Source: Macrostomum lignano | Taxonomy: Eukaryota | Direction of reading: 5' to 3' | Length of the DNA stretch: 64,000 nucleotides | Assembly: GCA_002269645.1 (NCBI GenBank) | Contig: NIVC01002580.1 | Span: 44,490-108,489 of the forward strand | Part shown: piece by piece, positions 36,735 through 47,607 of the stretch | Position numbering within the stretch: position 1 is the stretch's first letter | Layout of the letters: every line of letters starts with the position of its first letter | Notes under the pieces: generated by a model | What the model was told of the DNA's origin: nothing | The model's database searches: none | The model's input: only the letters and a program-made list of their open reading frames with translations | Program-made: the position numbers and the translations under genes

Positions 36735-39700
36735 TCACTTGAGCACAGTGTCGATGGTGGGCTGTAGCTCTCGACAGATCCGACAACCGGGTCCGTGCAG
36801 CACCTCCGCAATGTCGAAAGCTCGCTGCAGATCTTGCAGCGCCTTCTCCAGCCGGCCTTGGCTGAGCCAGAGCGAGCCAAGAAGCCGGTACGAGTCCAGC
36901 ACTTGCGGCGAGAAATCGCCGTGAACTTTCGCCTTGACCTTGACATTCTCCTGCAGTAGGCGAGCGCCTTCGTCGATTTTGTCCGCTCTAATGAGCAGCT
37001 TGGCGAGCTCGTCCTGGGCCTCACACACTGACTGGTGCTCAGGGCCGTGCAGTTGAAGGCAGGCGGTCAGGCACTCCTGCATGTAGCTCTCGGCCGATGC
37101 CTGGGCAGCCACGTCGCCGCACTTGGCGTAGGCTGTGGCCAGCGAGCGGGCTGTGCCAGCAGCTTCTTCAGTGAATTCGCCTTTGGCGCTGCATAAAGTG
37201 GGGGTTGTATACTGGGCGGGATGAGTGTTTATCGGGTGTAATTGCATTGGTTCAACACAGATTTCTAAGAATTGAGCGTCTGTGTCTTGAAGGTCAGCGT
37301 CACACTGTCTTACAGGTGAGCGCCACACTGTCTTACAGGTGAGCGCCACACTGTCTTACAGGTGAGCGTCACACTGTCTTACAGGTAATCGCGTCACTAT
37401 CTTACAGGTAAGCGTCACACTGTCTTGCAGGTGAGCGCCACACTGTCTTACAGGTGAGCGTCACTGTCTTACAGGTGAGCGCCACACTGTCTTACAGGTG
37501 AGCGCCACACTGTCTTACAGGTGAGCGCCACACTGTCTTACAGGTGAGCGCCACACTGTCTTACAGTTGAGCCTCACACTGTCTTACAGGTGAGCGTCAC
37601 ACTGTCTTACAGGTAATCGCGTCACTATCTTACAGGTAAGCGTCACACTGTCTTACAGGTGAGCGCCACACTGTCTTACAGGTGAGCGCCACACTGTCTT
37701 ACAGGTGAGCGTCACACTGTCTTACAGGTAATCGCGTCACTATCTTACAGGTAAGCGTCACACTGTCTTGCAGGTGAGCGCCACACTGTCTTACAGGTGA
37801 GCGTCACTGTCTTACAGGTGAGCCTCACACTGTCTTACAGGTGAGCCTCACACTGTCTTACAGGTGAGCCTCACACTGTCTTGCAGGTCAGCTTATACTA
37901 CAACTTACTGAGCAGTGGCAATCTCATGCGCCTTCAGGTACATCTCGATAGCCTTCTCGTGATTGGGAAACTCCGGCCTAGACTGCTCCGTAGCGCCCAC
38001 GCCCTGGTAGAGAGGCACCAGCTCTTGTGAACCCTTGCCGTAGCGTTTCTCGCAGGCAGCGATCGCCTGTTCGTAATAGGACACCGAGGCCATCGGCTTG
38101 TTAAGTTTTGCACTGATCCTGCGCGATTGGACCGTGGGGGTGGGGGGTGATGGTTATTTAAGTTCTTAATGACTTGTCACAGATGTGTTCTGCTCTGTTT
38201 TGAACTGGTCAGTGTCTAGCAGATAAGCGCTACTGTAGCTAGTCAGTTTTTAAGAGGCTTTGGGCTGCATTTGGTGAGAACTACTGTCTAACAGGTGAAC
38301 ACTAGCTCCTGTCTAACAGGTGAACACTAGCTCCTGTCTAACAGGTGAACACTAGCTCCTGTCTAACAGGTGAACACTAGCTCCTGTCTAACAGGTGAAC
38401 ACTAGCTCCTGTCTAACAGGTGAACACTAGCTCCTGTCTAACAGGTTAAACACTACTGTCTAACAGGTTAAACACAACTCTGTAACAGGTAAACACTACT
38501 CTCTAACAGGTTAAACAATACTGTCTAACAGGTTAAACACTACTGAACAGGTTAAACACTACTGTCTAACAGGTGAGCACTACTGTAACAGGTGACACTA
38601 TCCTGTCTAACAGGTAATCAGGTGGTCCATCAGTTGTGTACAAATGGGAAATATTTATTCTGTTTGAGAGAAATAAGAGTTTTTGATAAAAGCCCAGAAA
38701 TTAATTTATCATCATTTCATTATTGCCATCCAACTCACTTTGCCAGCGAAGTCCAAATTTTCTGTTTGGCCTCGAGAAGGAAGTCGAACTTCACAATGGA
38801 CAGCTTGGACAATTCCTGTACAACCTTCTCAGCTTTGATCAGACTCTGCTCGGCATCTGGGAACTTTTTCAACAACGACTGAGCCCGGCCAAGAGTGTGA
38901 TAGGTGACCAGACTGACCTTCAGGAACTCCAGGCGGGTCAGCTCAGAGCCAGCCAGGCCGGAGCCTGTGACATCCACTGCTGCACCGTCGAACGCTTCCT
39001 GCTGACCAAGCAGGATGTTCTTGGCGTGCTCAGCGTGCTCCTCAGCTTGTTGAGAGAAGCCTGCACGTAAGGTTATAGTAGATTATAGTTAGAAATTTAA
39101 GCTGCGGAGAATGACCAGTGACCACATTTAGCGTGTTTATAATTAGAACAGAAATAAAATGCGATTCAACTACTCTTGTGTAGTGAAATGGTAAGTAGTT
39201 TATTGTATCATTTTGGTGTTTTCAATTTTGCAACGATTTTGACAGTTTCATAGCAAGTCAGGGCCAGGTCTCTCTTCCTTTACCATGAGCGGCCAGTTTG
39301 TTTTGACGTGAAGAAGCATGATGCAGACTACTTCATTTTCGAGCTTTGTTTAAATGGTATCCCCATTTTAGATGTCACGTGAGTGGATTTGATAGCAGTT
39401 TTTTATGTATCCTGCTGTCGAACCTTTGTTTACGATCGAACTATACCGAATCACTTTTGATCCAATTGTATGCGCTTGTTAATTAAGATAAATTGACCCG
39501 TGACCCGTTAGGGAAATCAATAGTTTTGCTTTAGAGCGACAAAACTTACAGCACCAAATCTGAAAATAATGTAAATGTACATGTAGAATTCTTGGCATTG
39601 TCCCCCCACCATAATCCATGGCGACGCCCCTGCAGCGTGCATCCAAGAGTGAGATTCGCTATAGTTTCCCTTTCCGAGTTTTGTCTTACACTTTGTCAAT

Positions 39701-40461
39701 ACTTTATACTTACAGCCTTTGAATCAAGATCTCACCTGTGGGCATACATTCGAAGTTTAAATTAAAATGTTAAATTTCTTTTTTGTTTCAAAGCTTTAAC
39801 TCACTCGGCCCCTTGTAGTCCAGGTAGCCCTTGGCCAGCTCCGTATAAGCTTCGGCGTACTTAAAGTGCTGCGGCCCGTAGACCAGCACGCAGAGCGCCG
39901 TCTGCCTCACCAGCTGGCGCATCGCGTTGTTCCACTGACGCCTGGCCGCAAACTTTGCCGCCAATCGTTTCGCCCGTTCAAGCAGCTCGTCGGGCGCCTG
40001 CATCGACGATCTTGACGCGTCTTCATAGTCATCCTCATCGTCATCGTTGCCGCCGTTTTCGTCGTCGGCGCCTCGTTGTTTTCGTCCTCTTTTACGACGT
40101 TTGCGAGTCGCTGCAGCGGACGGAGCGTCCGCATTGGTGGGTGCTTCCGGATGACGTGGTACGCCAGGGTCGAGGTCGGACTGGTACTCGTCCGTGTCTG
40201 TTGTGTCATCATAGACAGCTGCACGGCTGGGACTATTGTTGTCTCCACCTTCTGCCGCGGCGCCTGAATGCTCTTCGGGGTCAGAAACGTCGCTAGTGCC
40301 ATCGTAGTGGCCATCTCTGTCATCGGATTCGTATCTGTCAATGGAAAGTTTTTTGTCTTTTGCTTCTTAAGACACTTCAGACTAATTATAAAGAAAAGTC
40401 GCGATTAAACTTACTGGTCAGAGTGCAGACTACCTGGTATTTTGATTTCTTTGCTTGGCAT
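36735..40461 (-). CDS. TTC23: TTC23-like tetratricopeptide repeat protein; exons 40461-40415, 40334-39805, 39060-38739, 38118-37909, 37188-36735 (520 aa)
   Basis: All junctions are GT-AG with matching phases (2,1,2,2). Motifs LVRQTALCVLVYGPQHFKYAEAYTELAKGYL, YHTLGRAQSLLKKF and KVHGDFSPQVLDSYRLLG match recalled TTC23 (LVRCVALTRICYGDSHWKLAEAH, EAFGDFSPEVAETYRLLG). Confidence 0.92.
37298..37888. repeat. 23-bp intronic minisatellite (GTGAGCGCCACACTGTCTTACAG)
   Basis: Directly visible in TTC23-like intron 4. Confidence 0.97.
38283..38618. repeat. 22-25-bp intronic minisatellite (GTGAACACTAGCTCCTGTCTAACAG)
   Basis: Directly visible in TTC23-like intron 3. Confidence 0.95.
39495..39632 (-). mobile_element. 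Truncated copy of the hAT-type MITE at 40665-40983, in inverted orientation
   Basis: Reverse complement begins CAGGGGCGTCGCCATG..TATGGTGGGGGGACAA.GCCAAGAATTCTACATGTACAT and continues to ATTGATTTCCC.AACGGG, as in the full copy; the second TIR is absent. Confidence 0.85.
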
Positions 40462-40664
40462 TCTTCGAATCTGAAAGCAATAAGTAAATATTGTACGCTA
40501 TTCTTAAACTCTTATGTTGTAGCAAATAAATAATACCTAAGGAAGAAAGTGAGGAAGTTATCTGCCGTTTTAAAATTTGAGGGTCAGATTTATTTAGCCT
40601 GAAATTAATTCTTCGATTGAGCTTTGAACTTAGCAAATTATTCGTAGGCTCCGATCACAGGAAA

Positions 40665-40983
40665 CAGGGGCGTCGCCATGATTTTATGGTGGGGGGGGAC
40701 AAAGCCAAGAATTCTACATGTACATGTAAACGACTAAATTCCTACATGTACATTCTTTTCAGAATCGGTGTTGTCAGCACTCATTTTAGCGCCACAAGCA
40801 CTCATTTTAGCGCCAAAAGCACTCATTTTAGCGCTGCAGGCACCATTTTAGCGCCGCAGGTGCTATGTTTTGTCGCCATGCAGCAAAATTATTGATTTCC
40901 CCAACGGGCCACAAGGTGGGGTGGGGGGGGACAAAGCATTGGCATGCCTCCCTAGATCTATTCCCCCGTTGGCGACGCCCCTG
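40665..40983 (+). mobile_element. hAT-type MITE, 319 bp
   Basis: Perfect 14-bp TIR CAGGGGCGTCGCCA / TGGCGACGCCCCTG and perfect 8-bp TSD ACAGGAAA (40657-40664, 40984-40991); internal ~20-bp tandem units CATTTTAGCGCC. Confidence 0.93.
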
Positions 40984-43900
40984 ACAGGAAATTTGGGAGC
41001 TGTCTGTTTTAATTGCATAATAAAATTATGAATAAAAAGCAAGGGCGATTCTTACTGAATCTTTGCACTTCGGAAACGCTGCTTTAGTCTAGGAGTATCC
41101 AAAAATACACTTTTTTGATCCTAAAATTTGTATTTATTACTGTATTCCATTTACGGAGGAAACTAAGGCAAGGTCAACTCACTGTGCTATGTAAAAAAAG
41201 AATAAAATTGTTGAACTTGAACCTGAGCTCAAACAACAAATACTTATTAAATAATATATCTAAACCATAAAAAGCTAAAATGCAAAAAACTTAAGTTTCA
41301 TAAAATATATAAACAATTTTATGAGCAAAAGCTTTAGTACGTCATTAAAATTTCGTTTAAGTGCTCTCATGTGTAAGTTTTTAAATTGTAAATTTGAAGT
41401 TTAAATATTTATAACGTCTGCATGCGAAACCTTGTGGCTTGTAAACTTTTTATTTTAAGTTTATTTGAGTTACGTCTAGCGTAGCCTTAATATGTTGACA
41501 ATAAGCAGAAAGAGATATGAATAGACGCATGCAAAATGTTTGAAAGTTTTTTGCATCGTTAGGCCTAGCAGTTAGTGTGTATGTTAGCTAACGAACGAAG
41601 CCTAAAATTAAAATATTTTTTATGTCAATTTATTATATTTCTAATTCTAATTTGCTGTCATTTAGGGTAGGCCTATACAATTTATACAATAGTATAATAG
41701 CCAGATATTTTGTATCACATTTTTAAAGAAATCTAACTAAATACAGAGTATTACCTGGACTAGTATTAAAAGGTCAGACCAAGAGCAAGGCAGTTAGACA
41801 GGTATGGTGGCTCCCCATCCTACAATTTGCTGTTTATGATTTCATTGACAAGTAAATATTTGTGAGAAAAAAATTAAGGTCCAAAAAGCATGCATAAATG
41901 ACAATAATTAATAATCATTTTATTCTAGATAAGACAAGTTATCTATAAAAATCTTTCATCTTGACAAATTGACTATGACTAGCAAACCAAAGCCTTTAGC
42001 TTAGGAGGGTCTAGGCCCCTAGTCTATCTAATATACTTAAATTAAGAATGATAGGCCTAATCTTGCTTGTATGTATATGCACAATCAATTATCTGCTGAA
42101 ATTAAGACTCAACAAAATTCATAATTTTGTTACCAAAAGATGTCAAATATATATTATAGTATATATTATTATTAAGCTCTACTTCATTGCTAAACTCCTA
42201 AAGTGACCTAAAAACCCTATTGGAATAAGAGTAGGCCTAGAAAACCTATGGATGCACAATATAGGACAGGTTCTAAAATTGTAGCTCAAAAATGCAATGC
42301 AACATAGATTCCCTATAGAACATATTAGGCCTAACTTTTATATCAAATATAAGCATAGTACTAACTAATTAGAGGACAAGGCATTTAGCCTTAATATAAA
42401 ATAGTCATAGTTATTCTTGCCATTTACCCAAAACTATACCATCCTACACTACTTGCCTTGATTTTAGCTAGGACACAATAGGCCCTATTAGAAAGTTCTA
42501 AAATTGCAATAGAATTGAATACTAGATAGATAAATACCTTTTGTCCACTTATTCTAATAGGGCTTCTAAAGGGATTAAAAATTAAAAAAAACTTTTTTCA
42601 ATAAGCTTTTTTAGTATATTTGCAAAGTGCATCTAAGTTTAATTTAATTGCTAGCCATAAAAACTTCAAAGTCAATTTTAATGGTTGTATTAGAGCCAAT
42701 TGATAAAATAACTTATTGTGTCCCACTGCCAAGATAATTACTTGATTTAAATTTCCCAACTATATAGACTAATATTGGCACTTGGCAATAAAGATATATA
42801 TAGACATATATAGCCTGGTTATATTTTGGCAATACATATGTGTATATTTTATTAAAGATAGTCTTATGACTATTTACTACTTTGTAGAAGTGTTATAGCT
42901 TTTAAAAAAGTAATTTTATGCCAATAAATGCCTTCAAATACAATGTACAAATAGAAATCCATTGTTGACCAAGATCTTAAAATAGCCATATGTTCAGGGA
43001 GATGACTATAACTTGAAAACTGCTTACTAAAATAGATAATTCCTTACATTGAAATCCTATTAAATTGGTGCATAAAATGGTTGCTAAATGCCACATGAGG
43101 TTCTAATTCTTGAAGCTTGAAGCTTTCAATATTAACAATAATTTTTCCTTAAAAAGTAAATTACAATGTATACATATTAGAATCCATTTTTGTATAATTT
43201 AAAAAAAGCAATTGTTTAATGCTATAGCTTTTTTATCTGAAATATATACAAATTCATTGTTTAATTAATTTAAAAGCAGAGAAGTTTTTGTGGACAGTGG
43301 ACATAGCAGCAGGTCTAAGCTTAGGCCATGATTTTAGTCAGGATTCCTGACTTTTTAGAACAAGCAAGCCCTATTGGACCTAGATATAACTGTCCTTATC
43401 TTATCTACTTTGTTACACTTCTTTTATCTTGTCATGTTTTATTGTGCTATGCCATGCCTTCTCATTGTACCTTTCCTATTTTGCTATGATATACCATGCT
43501 AGACCATACTTTTCCCTACCTTGCCCTTGCCATAATCTGCCACACTATTATACCTGGTTGTGTCTTTCCCTGCCTCACCATGCCATACCACACCATGCTG
43601 TCACCAGACTGATCTATGCTAGATGCCATCTGCCAAAATGTCTATGTTGTGGTGGCCAGACTATACGCGACTGGCAGCACCAGTGCAGCTGCACTAGAAA
43701 CCCCCCCCCCAACTTCTGTCTAGCTAAGTTGGGTTGGTTGCATACCGTGCTAGCCGGCTTGCTAAGCCAGGGGGGCTGGCATAGCCTATCACCCCACGCC
43801 ACCTGTTCGCACCTCCCTAGGCCTCTCATGAATCTTGCGCAGTTTGTATAAATATAAATATATGTGCAAATCAGCACAAAACTCTTCGCTGCCCAGTGCC

Positions 43901-44264
43901 ATTCCATCTATTGAAATAAAAAGGCCTTCTGCCTCAATGCACTGCAATTGGACACTACCCTAGCTATTAAATGTGTAAATATGGTGTCAGAAATCTTTAC
44001 TGCTTGAGTCCCTGACCATGATTAAGTCCCTGATTAAGAGCTTTCTTAGCCCCATTACTTTATCCCTCACTAACCATTGTGCCTACGGCATTAGAAATCT
44101 TTGTTTTGGTATTTTATTTTATTTTAAACTTTATGACTAATGTCAGCAGATGGCATCCTAGTTTTCGATTTGGCACCCTAAAATAGGCCCCGGAATGCTC
44201 AATGGCACTGATTTTGATGCATAAAAAACAATGGCGAACTTTCCAGCTGTGCTAAAAAGAAGCT

Positions 44265-44471
44265 ATGGACTCAAAGTCTGGTCAGCCTCGGCTAGCTCGC
44301 GTCACAAAGGTGATCGGTCGCACCGGCTCCCAGGGTCAGTGCACCCAGGTGCGGGTCGAATTCCTGGACGAAAGCAGCCGGTCGATCATTCGCAACGTGA
44401 AAGGCCCGGTTCGTGAGGGTGACATCCTCACCCTGCTGGAGTCTGAGCGCGAGGCGAGAAGGCTGCGCTGA
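44265..44471 (+). CDS. RPS28: 40S ribosomal protein S28 (eS28), 68 aa, intronless CDS
   Basis: [24 protein letters not shown]...[30 protein letters not shown] is the canonical eS28 sequence. Confidence 0.99.
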   Translation: MDSKSGQPRLARVTKVIGRTGSQGQCTQVRVEFLDESSRSIIRNVKGPVREGDILTLLESEREARRLR

Positions 44472-44711
44472 GAGTGTTGCAAAATCGATGGAAGCGGTTC
44501 AAAAATAGTTGGCAAAACTTCGAATTTTGAAGAATTCGTATTGACTGAATGTGGAAATACAACAGCTAGATCAGCTTTTAGCTGTTTCGTTTCGCCAATT
44601 CGAATCTTAGCTGTGTTTTGGCAATTGAGCTGCCCTGGATTGAAAAAATAACTGGTTAATTGACTACAGTTTGTTATGCTGAGTTGATTCTTTTTTGTGC
44701 TATCGTTCTCT

Positions 44712-46260
44712 GATCCTGAAGTGGACATTCTGATCCTCAAGTGGACATTCTGATTCTTTAGTGGACATTCTGATCCTTTAGTGGACATCCTGATCTTTTA
44801 GTGGACATCCTGATGTTTTAGTGGACATCCTGATCTTTTAGTGGACATCCTGATGTTTTAGTGGACATCCTGATCTTTTAGTGGACATTCTGTTCCTTTA
44901 GTGGACATCCTGGTCTTTAAGTTAGGTGGACATTCTGATCCTTCAATGGACATCCTGATCTTTTAGTGGACATTCTGATCCTTAAGTGGAAATTCTAATC
45001 CTTCAGTAGACATTCTGATCCTTTAGTGGACATCCTGATCTTTTAGTGGACATCCTGATGTTTTAGTGGACATCCTGATCTTTTAGTGGATATTCTGATC
45101 CTTTAGTGGACATCCTGGTCTTTAAGTTAGGTGGACATTCTGATCCTTCAATGGACATCCTGATCTTTTAGTGGACATTCTGATCCTTAAGTGGAAATTC
45201 TAATCCTTCAGTAGACATTCTGATTCTTTAGTGGACATTCTGATCCTTTAGTGGACATCCTGATCCTCAAGTGACATTCTAATCCTTCAGTGGACATCCT
45301 GATCTTTTAGTGGATATCCTGATTTTTTAGTGGACATCCTGATGTTTTAGTGGACATCCTGATCTTTTAGTGGACATCCTGATGTTTTAGTGGACATCCT
45401 GATCTTTTAGTGGACATCCTGATGTTTTAGTGGACATCCTGATCTTTTAGTGGACATTCTGTTCCTTTAGTGGACATCCTGGTCTTTAAGTTAGGTGGAC
45501 ATTCTGATCCTTCAATGGACATCCTGATCTTTTAGTGGACATTCTGATCCTTAAGTGGAAATTCTAATCCTTCAGTAGACATTCTGATCCTTTAGTGGAC
45601 TTCCTGATCTTTTAGTGGACATCCTGATGTTTTAGTGGACATCCTGATCTTTTAGTGGACATTCTGTTCCTTTAGTGGACATCCTGGTCTTTAAGTTAGG
45701 TGGACATTCTGATCCTTCAATGGACATCCTGATCTTTTAGTGGACATTCTGATCCTTAAGTGGAAATTCTAATCCTTCAGTAGACATTCTGATCCTTTAG
45801 TGGACATCCTGATCTTTTAGTGGACATCCTGATGTTTTAGTGGACATCCTGATCTTTTAGTGGATATTCTGATCCTTTAGTGGACATCCTGGTCTTTAAG
45901 TTAGGTGGACATTCTGATCCTTCAATGGACATCCTGATCTTTTAGTGGACATTCTGATCCTTAAGTGGAAATTCTAATCCTTCAGTAGACATTCTGATCC
46001 TTTAGTGGACATCCTGATCTTTTAGTGGACATCCTGATCTTTTAGTGGACATCCTAATCCTTTGGTGGACATTCTGATCCTTAAGTGGACATTCTGATCC
46101 TTAAGTGGACATCCTGATCCTTAAGTGGACATTCTGATCATTTAGTGAACGTTCTGATCCTTCGTTCGAAATTATTATCCTTCAGTGGACATCCTGATCT
46201 TTCAGTGCATTTTGGTTCCTGATCATTCAGTGGACATTCTAATGCGGTAGTGGACATTGT
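44712..46260. repeat. 20-bp minisatellite (GTGGACATCCTGATCTTTTA) with a ~205-bp higher-order unit
   Basis: Directly visible; marker GGTCTTTAAGTTAGG recurs near 44911, 45118, 45481, 45686 and 45891. Confidence 0.96.
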
Positions 46261-46383
46261 GGTCTCTCGGCAGAGTCTTTGATCATACTGATATTCAATT
46301 AATTCCAACATTAGAAATGAGCTGCAGATAAGGGATCCAGCCAGCGTTCTTTTGTAGATGGTAATTGCATTCAACACAGTCAG

Positions 46384-47391
46384 CAGTGGCGTATGCAGCT
46401 AGTGGGGCCAATCGCTCCCACAAAAATAGCGGGAGACAGTGGTAAGGGGCGCTCAGCATGAGACAGGGGCGCCCTCCATTATACAGGAGCGCCCACCATG
46501 AGACAGGGGCGCCCTCCATTATACAGGAGCGCCCACCATGAGACCGGGGCACCCTCCATATACAGGAGCGCCCACCATGAGACCGGGGCACCCTCCATAA
46601 ACAGAAGCGCCCACCATGAGACAGGGGCGCCCACCATGAGACAGGGGCACCCTCCATAAACAGAAGCGCCCACCATGAGACAGGGGCACCCTCCATAAAC
46701 AGAAGCGCCCACCATGAGACAGGGGCACCCTCCATAAACAGAAGCGCCCACCATGAGACAGGAGCGCCCACCATGAGACAGGGGCACCCTCCATAAACAG
46801 AAGCGCCCACCATGAGACAGGGGCACCCTCCATAAACAGAAGCGCCCACCATGAGACAGGGGCGCCCACCATGAGACAGGGGCACCCTCCATAAAAAGAA
46901 GCGCCCACCATGAGACAGGGGCACCCTCCATAAACAGAAGCGCCCACCATGAGACAGGGGCGCCCACCATGAGACAGGGGCACCCTCCATAAACAGAAGC
47001 GCCCACCATGAGACAGGAGCGCCCACCATGAGACAGGGGCACCCTCCATAAACAGAAGCGCCCACCATGAGACAGGGGCACCCTCCATAAACAGAAGCGC
47101 CCACCATGAGACAGGGGCGCCCACCATGAGACAGGGGCACCCTCCATAAACAGAAGCGCCCACCATGAGACAGGGGCACCCTCCATAAACAGAAGCGCCC
47201 ACCATGAGACAGGGGCGCCCACCATGAGACAGGGGCACCCTCCATAAACAGAAGCGCCCACCATGAGACAGGGGCGCCCACCATGAGACAGGGGCACCCT
47301 CCATAAACAGGAGCGCCCACCAAGACACAAAATATTGCCTCCACAAAAGGGTTGCGGTCTCCTCCAATTAAAAATCTTTCGTACGCCACTG
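46384..47391. mobile_element. hAT-like MITE whose interior is an ~870-bp tandem array (20- and 39-bp units)
   Basis: 10-bp TIR CAGTGGCGTA (46384) / TACGCCACTG (ends 47391); flanks ACAGTCAG and ACCGTCCA match only 5/8; array GAGACAGGGGCACCCTCCATAAACAGAAGCGCCCACCAT at about 46445-47320. Confidence 0.7.
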
Positions 47392-47607
47392 ACCGTCCAA
47401 TTTTGTATTTAAACGGGTAAATTCTTGATAGTCTTGCTGCGAAAGGAATGTAAAACACAGAAGTTCATTTGAAAACGTAACGTGACATTTCTTGCGTATA
47501 TTCTTTCAAGCCTTTACTAAACCCTCTAGATTTTTCTCCACGATCATGAAATTAATTTTGCCAATAAGTGGACATTGCGTAAGACAAACTAAACAGACAG
47601 AAGTTGA

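Noticed and set aside
39907-40341. ORF-track protein MTDTNPMTEM... implying a frameshift in TTC23
   Set aside because: An alternative frame (YESDDRDGHY...RKRRKR...MQAPDELL) is open throughout and joins the upstream ATG exon in phase; no frameshift is needed.
46295-47458. 387-aa Cys/Trp/Gly-rich ORF and overlapping ORFs
   Set aside because: Products of the 20/39-bp array within the MITE.
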